From positions 124,001-188,000 of the forward strand of contig NIVC01002209.1 in NCBI GenBank assembly GCA_002269645.1: a DNA stretch of 64,000 nucleotides, in the 5' to 3' direction. Of the stretch, positions 51,558 through 64,000 are shown piece after piece; positions within the stretch are counted from its first letter, which is position 1, and each line of letters starts with the position of its first letter. This stretch comes from Macrostomum lignano. Its lineage: Eukaryota. A model generated the notes under the pieces. The model searched no databases, was not told the DNA's origin, and worked only from the letters and a program-made list of their open reading frames with translations. A program made the position numbers and the translations under genes.

Positions 51558-52149
51558 TGTAGTAGGGCATTATTTTTAGGAACGGGAATTAATGCAGGTT
51601 TAAATATGCTTTTACCCTACTATCAGTAGTTTCAACCCGGGAAAATAATTAGAGCGGGGGTAAGTGGATAAAATTGGGGTTCCTTTAGAACTACAGAGCA
51701 GTTGGGCTCTTGGGAAAGAAAAGCTGTTTGTTGGAGTGTCTTCTCCTGTCCTCAACCTTGAATTCACAAAGGAAAAGTGGTAAGAAGGGGAAATAAAAGA
51801 AATATAACTTAGGCTTGCACAGAGGAGTCTTGCCTCTAAATCTATAACTGGGAGTCTTGCCCAAAGCACTATAGCGGGAATAGGGAAATAGGGAGTTAAT
51901 GTAAAGCAAAACTAACTTTTGTACCGTAATTTACTTTTATTAAATATTTTTTTGTGTTAACTAAGTCTAAATTGGTGTCCTGACTCAGTTCTTTAAATCT
52001 AAAACTAGAATTAGGGAACAGCAGGAACCTGGTGGCAGCGATTCTACCAAATCTCAAATCAGTACAGCAGATAATAATCCACTAGTAAAATCCTTAGTAG
52101 CAAATAGAAAACCAGTAGCCTAAACCGCGAGGTACCACGACTTGTCCAA

Positions 52150-52458
<309 letters not shown>

Positions 52459-53364
52459 CACTAGGACACCAATACAGACAGACAGACAGGCAGTCAGGCA
52501 GCCCATGGACAATCAAAAAGCGGTCAGTACACCCAACCCAGAATCAACCGCAATCAGTCAGCAGTCTATTTATTGCTTTCCTTTGTCCCTTCGCTCCCGT
52601 TGATGCCCCAAATAGCGCCTGTCAGTCCTTTGTGTCGCTCCGCTTCATTAACCTCTTTTTCTGCTTGCCCCCAGCCAATGACACAGCCAGACGGGGCTCC
52701 ATTGGCCAGCGGCAGGTAGGTGAGACAGAGTGAGACAGAGCCAGGTGTTCTGCACTGCAAGCCGCGCTTCTTAAATCAATCGATGATCAGCTCTGGACAT
52801 CTCGAACTAATAAGAGCTCCAGAATCCTTTCCCCATCTAAGAAAAGGGATCTTTTTGGCTTCTCCTCGGCAGCGGTTGTATAAAGCAATTCCATTTAGTT
52901 ATTTCTTCAACAGCAACACTCAAGTCAGCTCCCTTGCAGTGTCAGCAGGAGACAGCAGCCCTGAGTCTCGGCTTAGACTCTTCTCAACTCTTCGAGTCTG
53001 AGCCCATTACCGAGTTTGAGCTGATAACCCAGCAGGACTTCGATAGGAGGAAAAACAATTAACAGTGGCTGACCCCAAGCGAGGAAGCTTTAATAGGATA
53101 ATCTCTAAGAGAGCGCTCGATCGAATCCCTAGAACCCAGATCGAAGTGGAGAAGCCAGTATAAGATAAAATAAGCAGAATTTCCGGCTTTATCGACGCGT
53201 CTTGAGTCGGTCAGTCTTGGCAGAAGAGCAGAGTGAGCCACCCAGCCACGCACCGGCATGAGCTGCAGATTTCGGCTGTGCTACTTGCTGGGGATTCTGG
53301 TGAGTTGGAACTCCTCGTTAATCTGCTGCTTACAGGCCTTGGTCTCTAATAGCCGGGATAATGA

Positions 53365-53520
53365 GATTAAAGTGGATATTGGGATAATGGGATTAAAGGG
53401 GATATTGGGACAATGGGATATTGGGATAATGGGATATTTGGATATTGGGATAATGGGATATTTTCAGAATGGGATTTTTCAGAATGGGATTTTTTGAAAA
53501 AAGGGATAATGGGATATTGT
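53365..53520. repeat. Degenerate GGGATAAT/GGGATATT repeat
   Basis: Read directly. Confidence 0.8.
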
Positions 53521-54023
53521 GAGCCTGGGCTAAGAGAAAAAAGTTTAACAAATACTTTAATCCCTGTCCTCAGTCTGCAGCAAAGGACAAAATTAGACAA
53601 GAAATGTTGTCACGAATTTTGCCTCAGCCCATTTTTTACAGAAAAAGTTTGTGTCAGATAAAGAAGACGTGCCGAAGAAGCAGGGAGCAGGTGAGGGAAT
53701 TCTATAGCGGCTTGATAATTGAGGGGCTTCGGTAAGCAAGAGAGGATGGCCTGTACGAAAGAGGTTCAAGTTCACCTCTGAGGCAACCCCTGTAGAATTC
53801 TTACCTTATCCAGTCGATAAATTGTTCACTCGGGCCATTGAGTGAGTAGAAAATTGCAGTGCAAACGTTTTAATCAGCACTTCCATTGAAATCAGACCGA
53901 ACAGAAAGCGTCATGAGACTTCAACTTGAAGGCTCGATAGCACTATAAATGCCATAATTTTGTTTGCCTTTTGTTCTCACTTAACTTCTCTACCTTCACT
54001 ATACTTTTCTGAAGTCTAACCAG

Positions 54024-54742
54024 GTGTCACTGGCAGTCCCTGGCACTGAATTGCAGATGTCACTGGCACTGAATTGCGGGTGTCACTGGCACTGAATTGC
54101 AGGTGTCACTGGCACTGAATTGCAGGTGTCACTGGTACTGAATTGCAGGTGTCACTGGCACTGAATTGCAGGTGTCACTGGCACTGAATTGTAGGTGTCA
54201 CTGGCACTGAATTACAGGTGTCACTGGCACTGAATTGCAGTGGTGTCACTGGCACTGAATTGCAGTGGTGTCACTGGCACTGAATTACAGGTGTCACTGG
54301 CACTGAATTACAGGTGTCACTGGCACTGAATTGCAGGTGTCACTGGCACTGAATTGCAGGTGTCACTGGCACTGAATTGCAGGTGTCACTGGCACTGAAT
54401 TGCAGGTGTCACTGGCACTGAATTGCAGGTGTCACTGGCACTGAATTGCAGGTGTCACTGGCACTGAATTGCAGGTGTCACTGGCACTGAATTGCAGGTG
54501 TCACTGGCACTGAATTGCAGGTGTCACTGGCACTGAATTGCAGGTGTCACTGGCACTGAATTACAGGTGTCACTGGCACTGAATTGCAGGTGTCACTGGT
54601 ACTGAATTGCAGGTGTCACTGGCACTGAATTGCAGGTGTCACTGGCACTGAATTGCAGGTGTCACTGGCACTGAATTGCAGGTGTCACTGGCACTGAATT
54701 GCAGGTGTCACTGGCACTGAATTGCAGGTGTCACTGGCACTG
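54024..54742. repeat. 23-bp minisatellite (GCAGGTGTCACTGGCACTGAATT), ~31 copies
   Basis: Period of 23 (54361 vs 54384). Confidence 0.97.
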
Positions 54743-55016
54743 TTGCCCCAGATTTTACTGAAGTAGACATAAGAAGGTCACCGAAAGGCAAGATTTATTA
54801 ACAAAAGACAAAATTGATCCCTCGAGTTTTCGCATAAAAGTACACAAGCGTCAGTCGAGCGAGATGAGCGAGGACTTGAAGGAGAGGAGATGATTAGGAC
54901 AAATAAGGACCCTCTGAATTTTATTCCGAAGCGAACTTCCCTCGTCACTGTCAAACTCGCGACAGGCAAGAGTAAATTACATGTGGCAGGACCTCGACAA
55001 CTGACATTCAATACAG

Positions 55017-58000
55017 ATACGCCGAACTGTCGTCTTGTTGCTATGCCATCCGTTGCTATGGCAACCAATCAACGCCGGAGACGCAAACACTGGCCGAATT
55101 CAAGCGGAGATGGTCATGGTTCGAATTGGCCAGCCAGTCCTGCTGCAATGTCCGGTGCTTCAACGAAGCTTCTACACCGTCAGCGTCAAGCCGAAGTACT
55201 TGGAGTGGTCTCTGCCCATGGGCCGGCCGCAACCAACCAAGTGTCCGGTCTACCTGATGAAGAGCGAAGACGAAGAGCCCGGCTGTCCGGGTGAGCTGAC
55301 GGGACTCGGCGTGTCCTTGTGGCACCTCACCCAGCTCAGGGTTCACTCGGCGGAGCTGAGGCACGAAGGCCTCTACAACTGCTCGGTGTACTGGAATGCG
55401 ACCGGGGTGAACGGGGCGGTGCAGCTGCTGGTGCAGGGTGAGTCGTGGGGTGTAGGAAATGGAGTGTGGGTGTGGGAAATAGGGTGCGGGAAATAGGGAG
55501 TGGGAAATAGGGTGTGGGAATGAGGTGTGGAAAATGTGGTTTGGGAAATAGGGTTGTGGGAAATGGAGTGTGGGAAATACTGTAAATTAAGACAGGTAAT
55601 GTGTCTATCTGAGAGTCTATCAGAGTTTTTGTTTCTCTGTCTGTCTGTCCTTCGTTTCTCTCGCTCTTTGTCTCTCCCTCATTCGCCTTGCAAAACAACT
55701 CTCGTCTCTGTAAAAATTAGTGGTCAGTGAGCAGAAAACTTGGCATGTATAACACAGGTAATTTGCTGTTTCAACTGACTAACCAGACGATAATCACAAT
55801 GAAGGTCATTTTAATCGCAGTTTACAGCGTCAAGCACTCTTAGAAATCAGGCATGCCCTGCTAGCTTTGCTTGATGCATGTGGCAGCGAATAGAAAAAGT
55901 GGTTAGTCAGAACACAAGCTCCTTCTTAAGAATAAGATTGGTAAAAGCACAATAGTGGTCTAGCACGGCGCTCTGATGTGCCAGCGGCCCAGGCTCGATT
56001 CCAAGTGCAGTCACATTCATTTTGGGCTAAATTGGAATCTCGGCTTGGCTCTGCTCGTGCAGTTAACGGCCTTGAGGGCCAACCCCCAAGGCACAGTGAA
56101 GTGTACATGCCTAACAATAAATAAAGTTAGGGCCGCTGTACACTCCTGTGTGAGTGTGTGCCTGTGCGTATGACTGCGTACGTATCCGCGCGCTTGTGTG
56201 CCTGCTCAGGGGAGTCGGCGGAATGGGCAGCAATGCCTCTCGCCGGTTGTGTGACAATGTCGCTTAAAGTGCGCCAGGGTGCACACAGCCCCTGCTTCTC
56301 AAAAAAATGGTACCCACCGCCCCGTGTGTAGCTAAGGTTGGCTCAGGAGGGAAGTCGCTTAGAACCGATGAATACGCACTATGCCTCAGCTTAAAAGAGG
56401 TCAGAAAGAGTCAAAAAACGGAAAGTAAAAAGATGAGCAGTTCGATTATATTTAGCGGAGAGGAAGTTAATTCGCACGACCGTAAAACGTAGTGCCGGAG
56501 TGAGGCGGCAAAGAGCTCCTAGGAATAATTGAAATCGGGGGTACCAGGCCTAAATGCACATCGCAGTGGATAAAATTAAATATTTCTGTCTCCAGGCCTT
56601 TTAAAGCCTTTGCAGATCCACTGCATTAGCGGGAATTTCTTCTTATAATTTATTGTCACTTGGACTGAAACCAGAGCTCCTGACCCGAGAGCTTCGAGAG
56701 ATTATAACCTGGAGCACTTGATCCTGAAGTTGAAGGACATTGGGAGTGACTAGATTTTCGATTCTCTCGTACTTCTATTTTAAAAGACATTCACTTTGTT
56801 GAAGTTTTGTAACTTTCTCAGTTGATCCGCGCAGTACCGCTTGGACTTTTGTTGAATCAAAAAATCTGTTTTTGTTTATTGCGCGCTAAAAAATGCTCAT
56901 GAGGCCCCAGCCCTCAAGGCACAGATTGTGTGCATGCCGGACACTGAGAAAGTCAGTGTCAGGCCGCCGTAAACTCTGTGAGTGTTCGTGCTCGGAGCTG
57001 CGTGGAACGGGCATGCTGCCTCTTCGCTGGCTTGTGGTTCGACCGTCGCCCTGACTAATTGCGACAGCGCCCACAGCGCTTTCCTGAGCTGTTTGGCCGG
57101 GTTCTTGGGCGAGCGGTTCTCTTCACGCTCGTAACTTCCAACTTGAAAAAAACTACTTTAGACTAGAAGATTTCGATCCAACCTAAATCATTGACGATTC
57201 ATTCACTATCGAATACCCCGAGTAGTCTTTATTCAGGATTTATCGGGAATCGTCGAAAACACCTGACAGACAAGCCAACAGCGCCGCTGCACTTGAACGC
57301 TACTGTGCTTGGCTCGCACGCGATTCACCTGACTTGGCAGCCTCCGCGTCATCTGCGCCACCTGCCGTTGACCTCCTACGAAATTGCCACGAGCAGCGGC
57401 ACCTATCGTCACCTTGGAGACCGATTGATCTGGCATAGAGTTGAGCCTAGACGACTCAGCTACAGGGTGACAGGCCTGACAGCATACACTGAGTACTGCA
57501 CCTGGCTGCGAGCCGCTAATCAGCTGGGCCCGGGACCGAGCACTCGCCGCTGCGAGCTACGAACTCTGGAGTCTCCACCGCAGCCAGCGGCCCTGTCCGC
57601 TACCGTCACCAACGTCCAAGCCACCAGCGCCAAGCTTCGATTGAGCGTTGCACCGGCCGGGCATCCGTCTCTGGGCGGCAGACTGCGCGAGGTCCGGGTG
57701 CGATGGCGTCGGACGCGCCACCTCGAATCGCACGCAGGCATGGAGGATCAGTGGACTGAGAAGACACTGGTTGCTAGGCAGTTTCGCAGCCGAACCACTG
57801 CCAGCCAGGACGTTGATCTGATGCTCGATGATCTCGAAGCTTTTAGCGGCTACAGTGTGCGATGCACCGTGCACAACTGGAGATACGCTGGGCCGGAGCT
57901 TCTACTGACTTTTGAAACACTGGAGGGCGGTGAGGAGTCTTATCTGTAGTTTTTCTCTGAACCTGGATGCAGTGCCTAAAGTGGGGTCACTTTCAGAAAA

Positions 58001-61000
58001 TCAAAATTTGCATAATAAAAAATTCACATTGTTACTTTCACCGGAGAAAAGCTTCACAAGCTCGAAATTTTCGATTCAGCAGAAGTGCAGACTAGAATGC
58101 AAGCCTTTTTGAACTTGTGAAATTTCGATCTCACGACCCCATAAAGTGGTTTTCGGTGCAGAAAATTTAGAAAACATACGTCATGTGCAGTCTGGCGTGT
58201 TTTATGAAGACTTTGCAAAATGTAGTGATACAATCGATCTTGGTTTCTAACCAATAAAACATTCAATTCGATTAGAACGTTCTGGGTTTGGATGCATTCA
58301 GTAGTTCTTAGCATCTTGAATCGATGCGGGATCAATGTTTTAAAAGGATACTTAGATTTCAAACTTTTCATTTCAATGCAGAAGCCCCAGCGCCCACGCT
58401 GGCCCAGGACACGCACGCCCTGTTCGACACGAATGTCAGCGTCTCCTGGTCTCGTCTAGCCAGAGTGCCGGGCCACCTGACCGGCTACCAGCTCTCGTTG
58501 TCCGGCCCCTTCAACAGTCGCCGGTTGATCAACATTTCCAGCGAGTTCACTCGGTACTGCATCGCTGGACTAAAGCCGGCCACTCGATACTCAATCACCA
58601 TAGCAGCTGTCACTCGCGTCCGAGGCCCTGGGCGCGCGTCTAACCGAGTAGACATCGCCACGGAGCCCAGCTGGCCAAGCCGGCCGCGAGATGTCCGGGT
58701 GGATGAGAGAAGCTACGAAGCCGGCCTGTTGGTCTCCTGGGCCAGTCGCGGCTTCTTCGTCGGTTCGCCCGCGGTTGACCGCTCAGAAACACCGTATCCG
58801 CCCAACCTGCTGCTGTTCAGAGTTGAATGGCGGCTACGCAAAGTCTCCCAAGGTCTGCGGCTGGCAGGACGTCCAGGTGGTTCGAGGGAGACCCTCGTGC
58901 TGAGTCAGCTGGGCCAATGCCGGGTCAATGCGGCGTGGAGGCCCAGGGCCCAGGTCGCGAATGCAACAGTCTACCCAAATGAATCAGCAGAGGCGAGGAC
59001 TAAATACCTGAGCACGCGCATCTGTGTAGGTTTTTATGCTAGCCTAAGATGATCTATTTCAAATAGTATTTCCTTGATCCCCCTAGACTGATGTCACACG
59101 AGTCTTTTTGGTCAGTTTCACTGGATCCATTCGTCAGCTAATAAAAACAACTCTGACTTTGCACGGGCTCAATTTAATCTAGAGCATATCTAAATTTTCA
59201 AGCAAAAGATCAGGAAAAGGCATGGTTAAATGAATCGAATGCTCTTTAGATGATAGAAGAAAGAATATTTCTCGTACAATAAAGGTTGGGGCCTAATAGT
59301 ACTTTGACGGCTTTCGTCATTTCATGGCTAATTTTATACGTCAAATTCCGTAGCGGAATGCACTTTTTCAGCTTCTGCAAGGGCAGCTGTTTTCTGCTGT
59401 TTCTGATGGGCGATTTTGAGGCTTTGTAGGCGAAAAAATATCATTTTTCTCTTTGTTCATCTATTCAGGAGCTTTGGCTTGCTGCTGGGCTGTTTGAGAA
59501 CTGGGGAAGGGGCGCAAGACTGTCTTGTAGGGATGGCAGCAGGTAGCAACTGAAACCTGACTCCCACGAGTTGACAAAATGATAGCCCTCTCATCCTGTG
59601 CTTGTATAATTGTAGTCTGCACTGTCTTTAGTAGCTAACAGTCTGCTATTTAGGAGCTATGTTTTTTTCATAGCAGATATAGAGACAGCTTAACCTCGGC
59701 AAGCTTATGTTGAAAATGAACAACGCTTGCGGAACCTCCCTACGAGCGTACTACTCTAGTTGCATGCATTGACTTCCTTCTCTTTCCGCTTCGCCAATCG
59801 TTATAAAACGTGACATAAAACGCTATCGTTTTATATCAGATTCCATTGACTAAAAATGCGGAAAAATGGGGTTGTCAATCTGCGCACTGCTAGAAGTCAA
59901 CCAGTTCGTAGAATTTGGGCAGTTACATATAACAGGCAATTTGATATCTCTTTAATAACAAGGATAAAAGTTCAGTAGCACTGGCGGTCGAACTCAACTT
60001 TAAAAAACATCCACTGAAACAATTTCTTAAATCTGCCTCAATCAACTCAGGAGTTAATACCCTGGACAACACTGGCAAGATCAATCGGAATTGCAATCCA
60101 GCAGCATTCGAATCCATCAGCGCATGTCAGCCTGGACGTCGTGGTAACAAGCGTTGGATTGTCCCAGTGGGACCGCGACCGCAGGTATCCCGGGCACAAG
60201 GCAAAAACCGTCAGCGTCTCTGTGCCTCTTGCATATCTGTTAATCGACCGTTCGACTTGGGACGGCCTGGCTGACTTTAACAACGAATTCTCTAACGGCG
60301 ACGAGTCGGCGATAGCTACAGGAGATCGGCGACGCCGGCAAGTGACGTCGGTGAGCATTGGACTCGGCGTTGGCTGCCTGTTTGCAGCGCTGGGACTGGT
60401 GGCGGCCGTGCTGCTGGCCTGGCAGTGGCTCTGCGGCAGGGCGACGCGTCGGAACCGAGGCGTCGGCAGTGCCAGCTATCGCAGACGAAGGCTGCGCGCC
60501 GTTGGCAGCAGCATAGGCGGCGGTGGAACCAAAAGCGGCTGCGGAGTGGAGATTGGAGATTCCGGTTAGGACGCATGTTTGACCTGCATAAGAACTCAAT
60601 ATTAGAGTCTTTTTTAGAATTTTCATGGTAGATAATTCTTTTAGCTTTAGACATTTTGTCGCGATTTTTTAATCCATTGCGTCATGGAAGCATGGCACTT
60701 TAACATAAAAGTTCTCTTCGATACTTTGCTTGCTGACCTAATTCTGTCAGCATCAATTCACAAGTTGCAAGCATCTAGCTTAGCCCAAAGCCATGCAATC
60801 CTTTCAGATCCACACGACCCTGCTCAAACATCGGCTCTTCTGAGTAACCCGGCGGGCATGACTATAGCCGAATTCCGGGATCACGTGATCGCTTGTCACG
60901 CCAACGACGATTCCGGCTTTCAATCGGAGTTCCAGGAGCTCCAAAGCTCGGACCCGCCGATCTCGTTGACTGCATTAGATTGCAAACCAGAGTCCGAGGA

Positions 61001-64000
61001 CAAGGAGAAAACGACGCGCGAAGCTTTTGTAGCTGCGTGCTGGAAATATCCAGAAAATTTGAGTAAAAATCGACACCCAGATGTTTACCCGTGTAAGTTT
61101 GATTATTTACGTTGTCCTTTGTCGATCTAAGATATTGATTGTACTTTCAATGGCATCCTTAAACTAGTTGCTATAAAATTTTTACCAGGACACAGTTCTT
61201 AGTTGGTCAAAAGTTGCCTTTCTTAACCGTCAATACAAATGTCTCTTGATGGTCGCTCCTGTCTCTTGGTAGACACTCCTGTCTCTTGGTAGGCGCTCGT
61301 GTCTCTTGGTGGTCGCTCCTGTCTTTTGGTAGACGCTCCTGTTTCTTGGTAGGTGCTCATGTCTCTTGGTAGGCGCTCCTGTCTCTTGATGGTCCCTCCT
61401 GTCTCTTGGTAGGCGCTCGTGTCTCTTGGTAGGCGCTCGTGTCTCTTGGTAGGAGCTCGTGTCTCTTGGTAGGCGCTCCTGTCTCTTGGTAGGCACTCCT
61501 GTCTCTTGGTAGGCACTCCTGTCTCTTGGTGGTCGCTCCTGTTTCTTGGTAGGTGCTCATGTCTCTTGGTAGGCACTCCTGTCTCTTGGTGGTCGCTCCT
61601 GTCTTTTGGTAGACGCTCCTGTTTCTTGGTAGGTGCTCATGTCTCTTGGTAGGCGCTCCTGTCTCTTGATGGTCCCTCCTGTCTCTTGGTGGGCGCTCCT
61701 GTCTCTTGGTAGGTGCTCATGTCTCTTGGTAGGCGCTCCTGTCTCTTGATGGTCCCTCCTGTCTCTTGGTAGGCGCTCGTGTCTCTTGGTAGGAGCTCGT
61801 GTCTCTTGGTAGGCGCTCCTGTCTCTTGGTAGGCGCTCCTGTCGTTCGTTGTTATCTCCTAGACATAAAAATGGAGCCAAAAAGTTGCTATCAGATGTGC
61901 TCCTGTCATTCGTCGAGTCTAGCTTGGTTACCAGTTTCATTTAGTTTTTGAGGGTAGCGCAATTTTCGCGGGGGCGATTGGTGACCTCCTGACCGAGCCC
62001 CCCATCTGCTTACGTATTGATAATCCTGTGTATAAGCTGCTTTTCTCAGTCGCAATCAGAAGTAATAACTGCCGCTACTTCAGACGATCACAACCGGGTC
62101 ATACTTCGGTCAACTTCAACTAATAAGAAAAATGCCGACTACATTAACGCCAGCTATATTAGTGTAAGTAAAGTTTATTTATTTTGCTCAAGTATACTGA
62201 TAGCACATACGCTAACACCTATTACCATCATTTTAAACTTTGAGCAGGGATTTAAAAAGGAGCGAGCCTACATCGCCTGTCAGAGCCCTCTGCAGTCAAC
62301 TTTTGATGACTTCTGGCTAATGGTTTGGGAGAATCGAGTGAGCAGCATTGTGATGCTGTGCAACCTGGTTGAGGCCGGTCGGGTGAGTTATTATTAGTTC
62401 ATTGACAAGATTAAATCTTGTCAAGATTAACTCTCTTTTCAAGATTAAATCTTAAGGGCAGAGTTTCTTCTTTGAGATCCTGTTCTCAAAACCTAATTAT
62501 AATGGAGAGATGGGATCGAACAACAAATATGAACAGCTAGTTTAAAAGAAGATTGCAGTTACTGCGCTCGTATGGTCATCGCTGGATAAAATCTTTTTGT
62601 GCTTTGCATGACTCCATAGGATCTGAAGATGTTTTGCATAGCCGAAGCAATATTGTTTCGTCAGGGTCTTTTTGTGCTATGGCATAACATATTAATGCTA
62701 ACCTGTCAACTAATTCACCGTTTTACAAATTGCTTTAAATCCAACGAAACAGCGCAAATGCGATCAATACTGGCCTAGTGGCGGCAGCAGCCAGGTCTAC
62801 GGTCCGGTGACTGTTGAGCTAATTGGACAAGCAGTCAGGTGGGATCACAAGGTGCGCCTGTTCGAGCTGCACTGGACAGGCAGCGGCAGCGACAGCTCGC
62901 TCAGTCGCCGCCGAGTGAGGCAGTTCCAGTACTGCCGATGGCCCGACTGCGGCGTCCCGGCGTCGCCGCTGGCGCTGCTGAACTTCGTCCAACTGGCTGG
63001 GGGCATCGACGAAGACAGAATGAACTCAACAGCCAGCTGCACTGGTGGGCCAATCGTTGTGCACTGCAGGTGAAGCTTTTAACGATCTGTGTGTAGCACG
63101 AGGGGAAGATGGGTTTATCGTGCGATTGGCAGCCATGAGGGTCAACCCTGGTCAAGAGAGTGTTCATGCCTGACGATCAGAAAGTCAGGACTGCTGTACA
63201 CCCTGTGTGAGCGAGTGTGTGAGTGCGTGTCTGCAGAATGGGCAAAACTGCCCCAGTGCAGGTTGTGGGGAAACTAAGTCGCCGAAGGAAGTTCGTCGGC
63301 GAATAATTCTGATATTCACAGCTGTTTTTGTTTTTCATTCTTAGTTTTCATCTCAAAAGACTAGGCGACTTTGAAAATGTAGAGTCAGTTTGGAGAAAAA
63401 GATTGATTAAAAGGATAAAAGTTTTGACGTCTGAGGAAAGTCTAGTTAAGCAATGATTACCTGAAGCTTTAGTGACTTACGGTCAAAATTGAGCGGATTA
63501 GCAACTCATGAAATCGAGGGTTGTTTACAGAGTTTACAGAGCGTGTAAACAACAAATATTTTTAAGTGAACGAGCTTAGCACGGAAAAAACTTTTTGCTG
63601 TTTTTTGATCCATTTACTTCAGTAGTTCTCACAGCTGAGTCTTGGATGCATTAAAACTAGTGAGGTGCTCTCAGTCAACGAAAATGGAATGCTTCTAAAG
63701 TATTTCGAATGAAATTTCACTAAGGATATTAGCAAAGTCAAAAAATAAGCGTACCAGCGCGGTACTTCTTATTTATGAAGCATTTCCTATTCGAAATTTT
63801 CAAGACAAATAGCGAATTATACGATTTACCAAAACATCCGGCAACCTCCCTTGCCCCCAGCGCTGGCACAGGTCGCACGGGTGTCTTCATCACTGTCGAC
63901 GCTCAGATGCGCAGAATGCTCGGCGATAGGTCCGTCGACGTGCGCAGCTTCCTGGCTCATGCCAGGCGGCAGCGAATGCGGCTGGTGCAGACAGTGCAGC
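55017..64000 (+). CDS. Receptor-type protein tyrosine phosphatase (signal peptide-Ig-FN3 repeats-TM-PTP), 3' incomplete. Exons: 55017-55437, 57270(or 57239)-57929, 58382-~58950, ~60100-60565, 60751-61092, 62084-62163, 62248-62382, 62753-63069, 63861->64000
   Basis: Ig (LQCP..W..EGLYNCSV); FN3 (KPTAP..W.PP...SY..TGL.AYTEY; W..GY...GLKPATRYSI); TM (IGLGVGCLFAALGLVAAVLLAW); PTP motifs KNRHPDVYP|YDHNRV, DYINASY, FWLMVWEN, KCDQYWP, WPDCGVP, VHC|SAGTGRTG, RQRMRLVQT. The third exon's donor and the TM exon's acceptor are not pinned down. Confidence 0.92.
55445..55580. repeat. Degenerate ~15-bp G-rich repeat (GGGTGTGGGAAATAG) immediately after an RPTP donor site
   Basis: Read directly. Confidence 0.75.
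55940..56307 (+). mobile_element. tRNA-derived SINE, most complete copy (~370 bp, A7 tail)
   Basis: A-box-like AGCACAATAGTGGTCTAG, B-box-like GGCTCGATTCC, TG-rich core, oligo-A end; three other partial copies in the window. Confidence 0.8.
61243..61845. repeat. 20-bp minisatellite (CTCCTGTCTCTTGGTAGGCG), ~30 copies, RPTP intron
   Basis: Read directly. Confidence 0.95.
63188..63262 (+). mobile_element. Diverged internal fragment of the SINE
   Basis: GCTGTACAC.CTGTGTGAG.GAGTGTGTG...GCAGAATGGGCA. Confidence 0.45.

Overview
Eukaryotic (metazoan) genomic DNA with canonical GT-AG introns, GC/CpG-rich exons and introns packed with minisatellites. The style resembles a free-living flatworm such as Macrostomum, but this is inference only. 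Six spliced genes were reconstructed by hand with phase-consistent junctions. Five are on the minus strand: AGPAT1/2-type acyltransferase, FAM102/EEIG1 NT-C2 protein, NEK6/7 kinase, DAZAP1/Hrp48-like 2xRRM protein, and a C-type lectin-mucin membrane protein. One is on the plus strand: an Ig-FN3 receptor tyrosine phosphatase that runs off the 3' end. Mobile DNA includes a complete but decayed Merlin transposon (TIR+TSD), a P-element-like THAP remnant (TIR+8-bp TSD), several MITEs, a tRNA-headed SINE family (4 copies), and a frameshifted RTE LINE plus a second RTE 3' end. The strongest unexplained signal is a sharply bounded CpG-depleted, AT-rich domain covering the 5' intron(s) of each of the four housekeeping-type genes. 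Repeat copies, a TIR and a TSD inside these domains show CpG->TpG/CpA (and apparent CG->TA) decay relative to their partners. All counts are by eye and approximate; no database searches were run.
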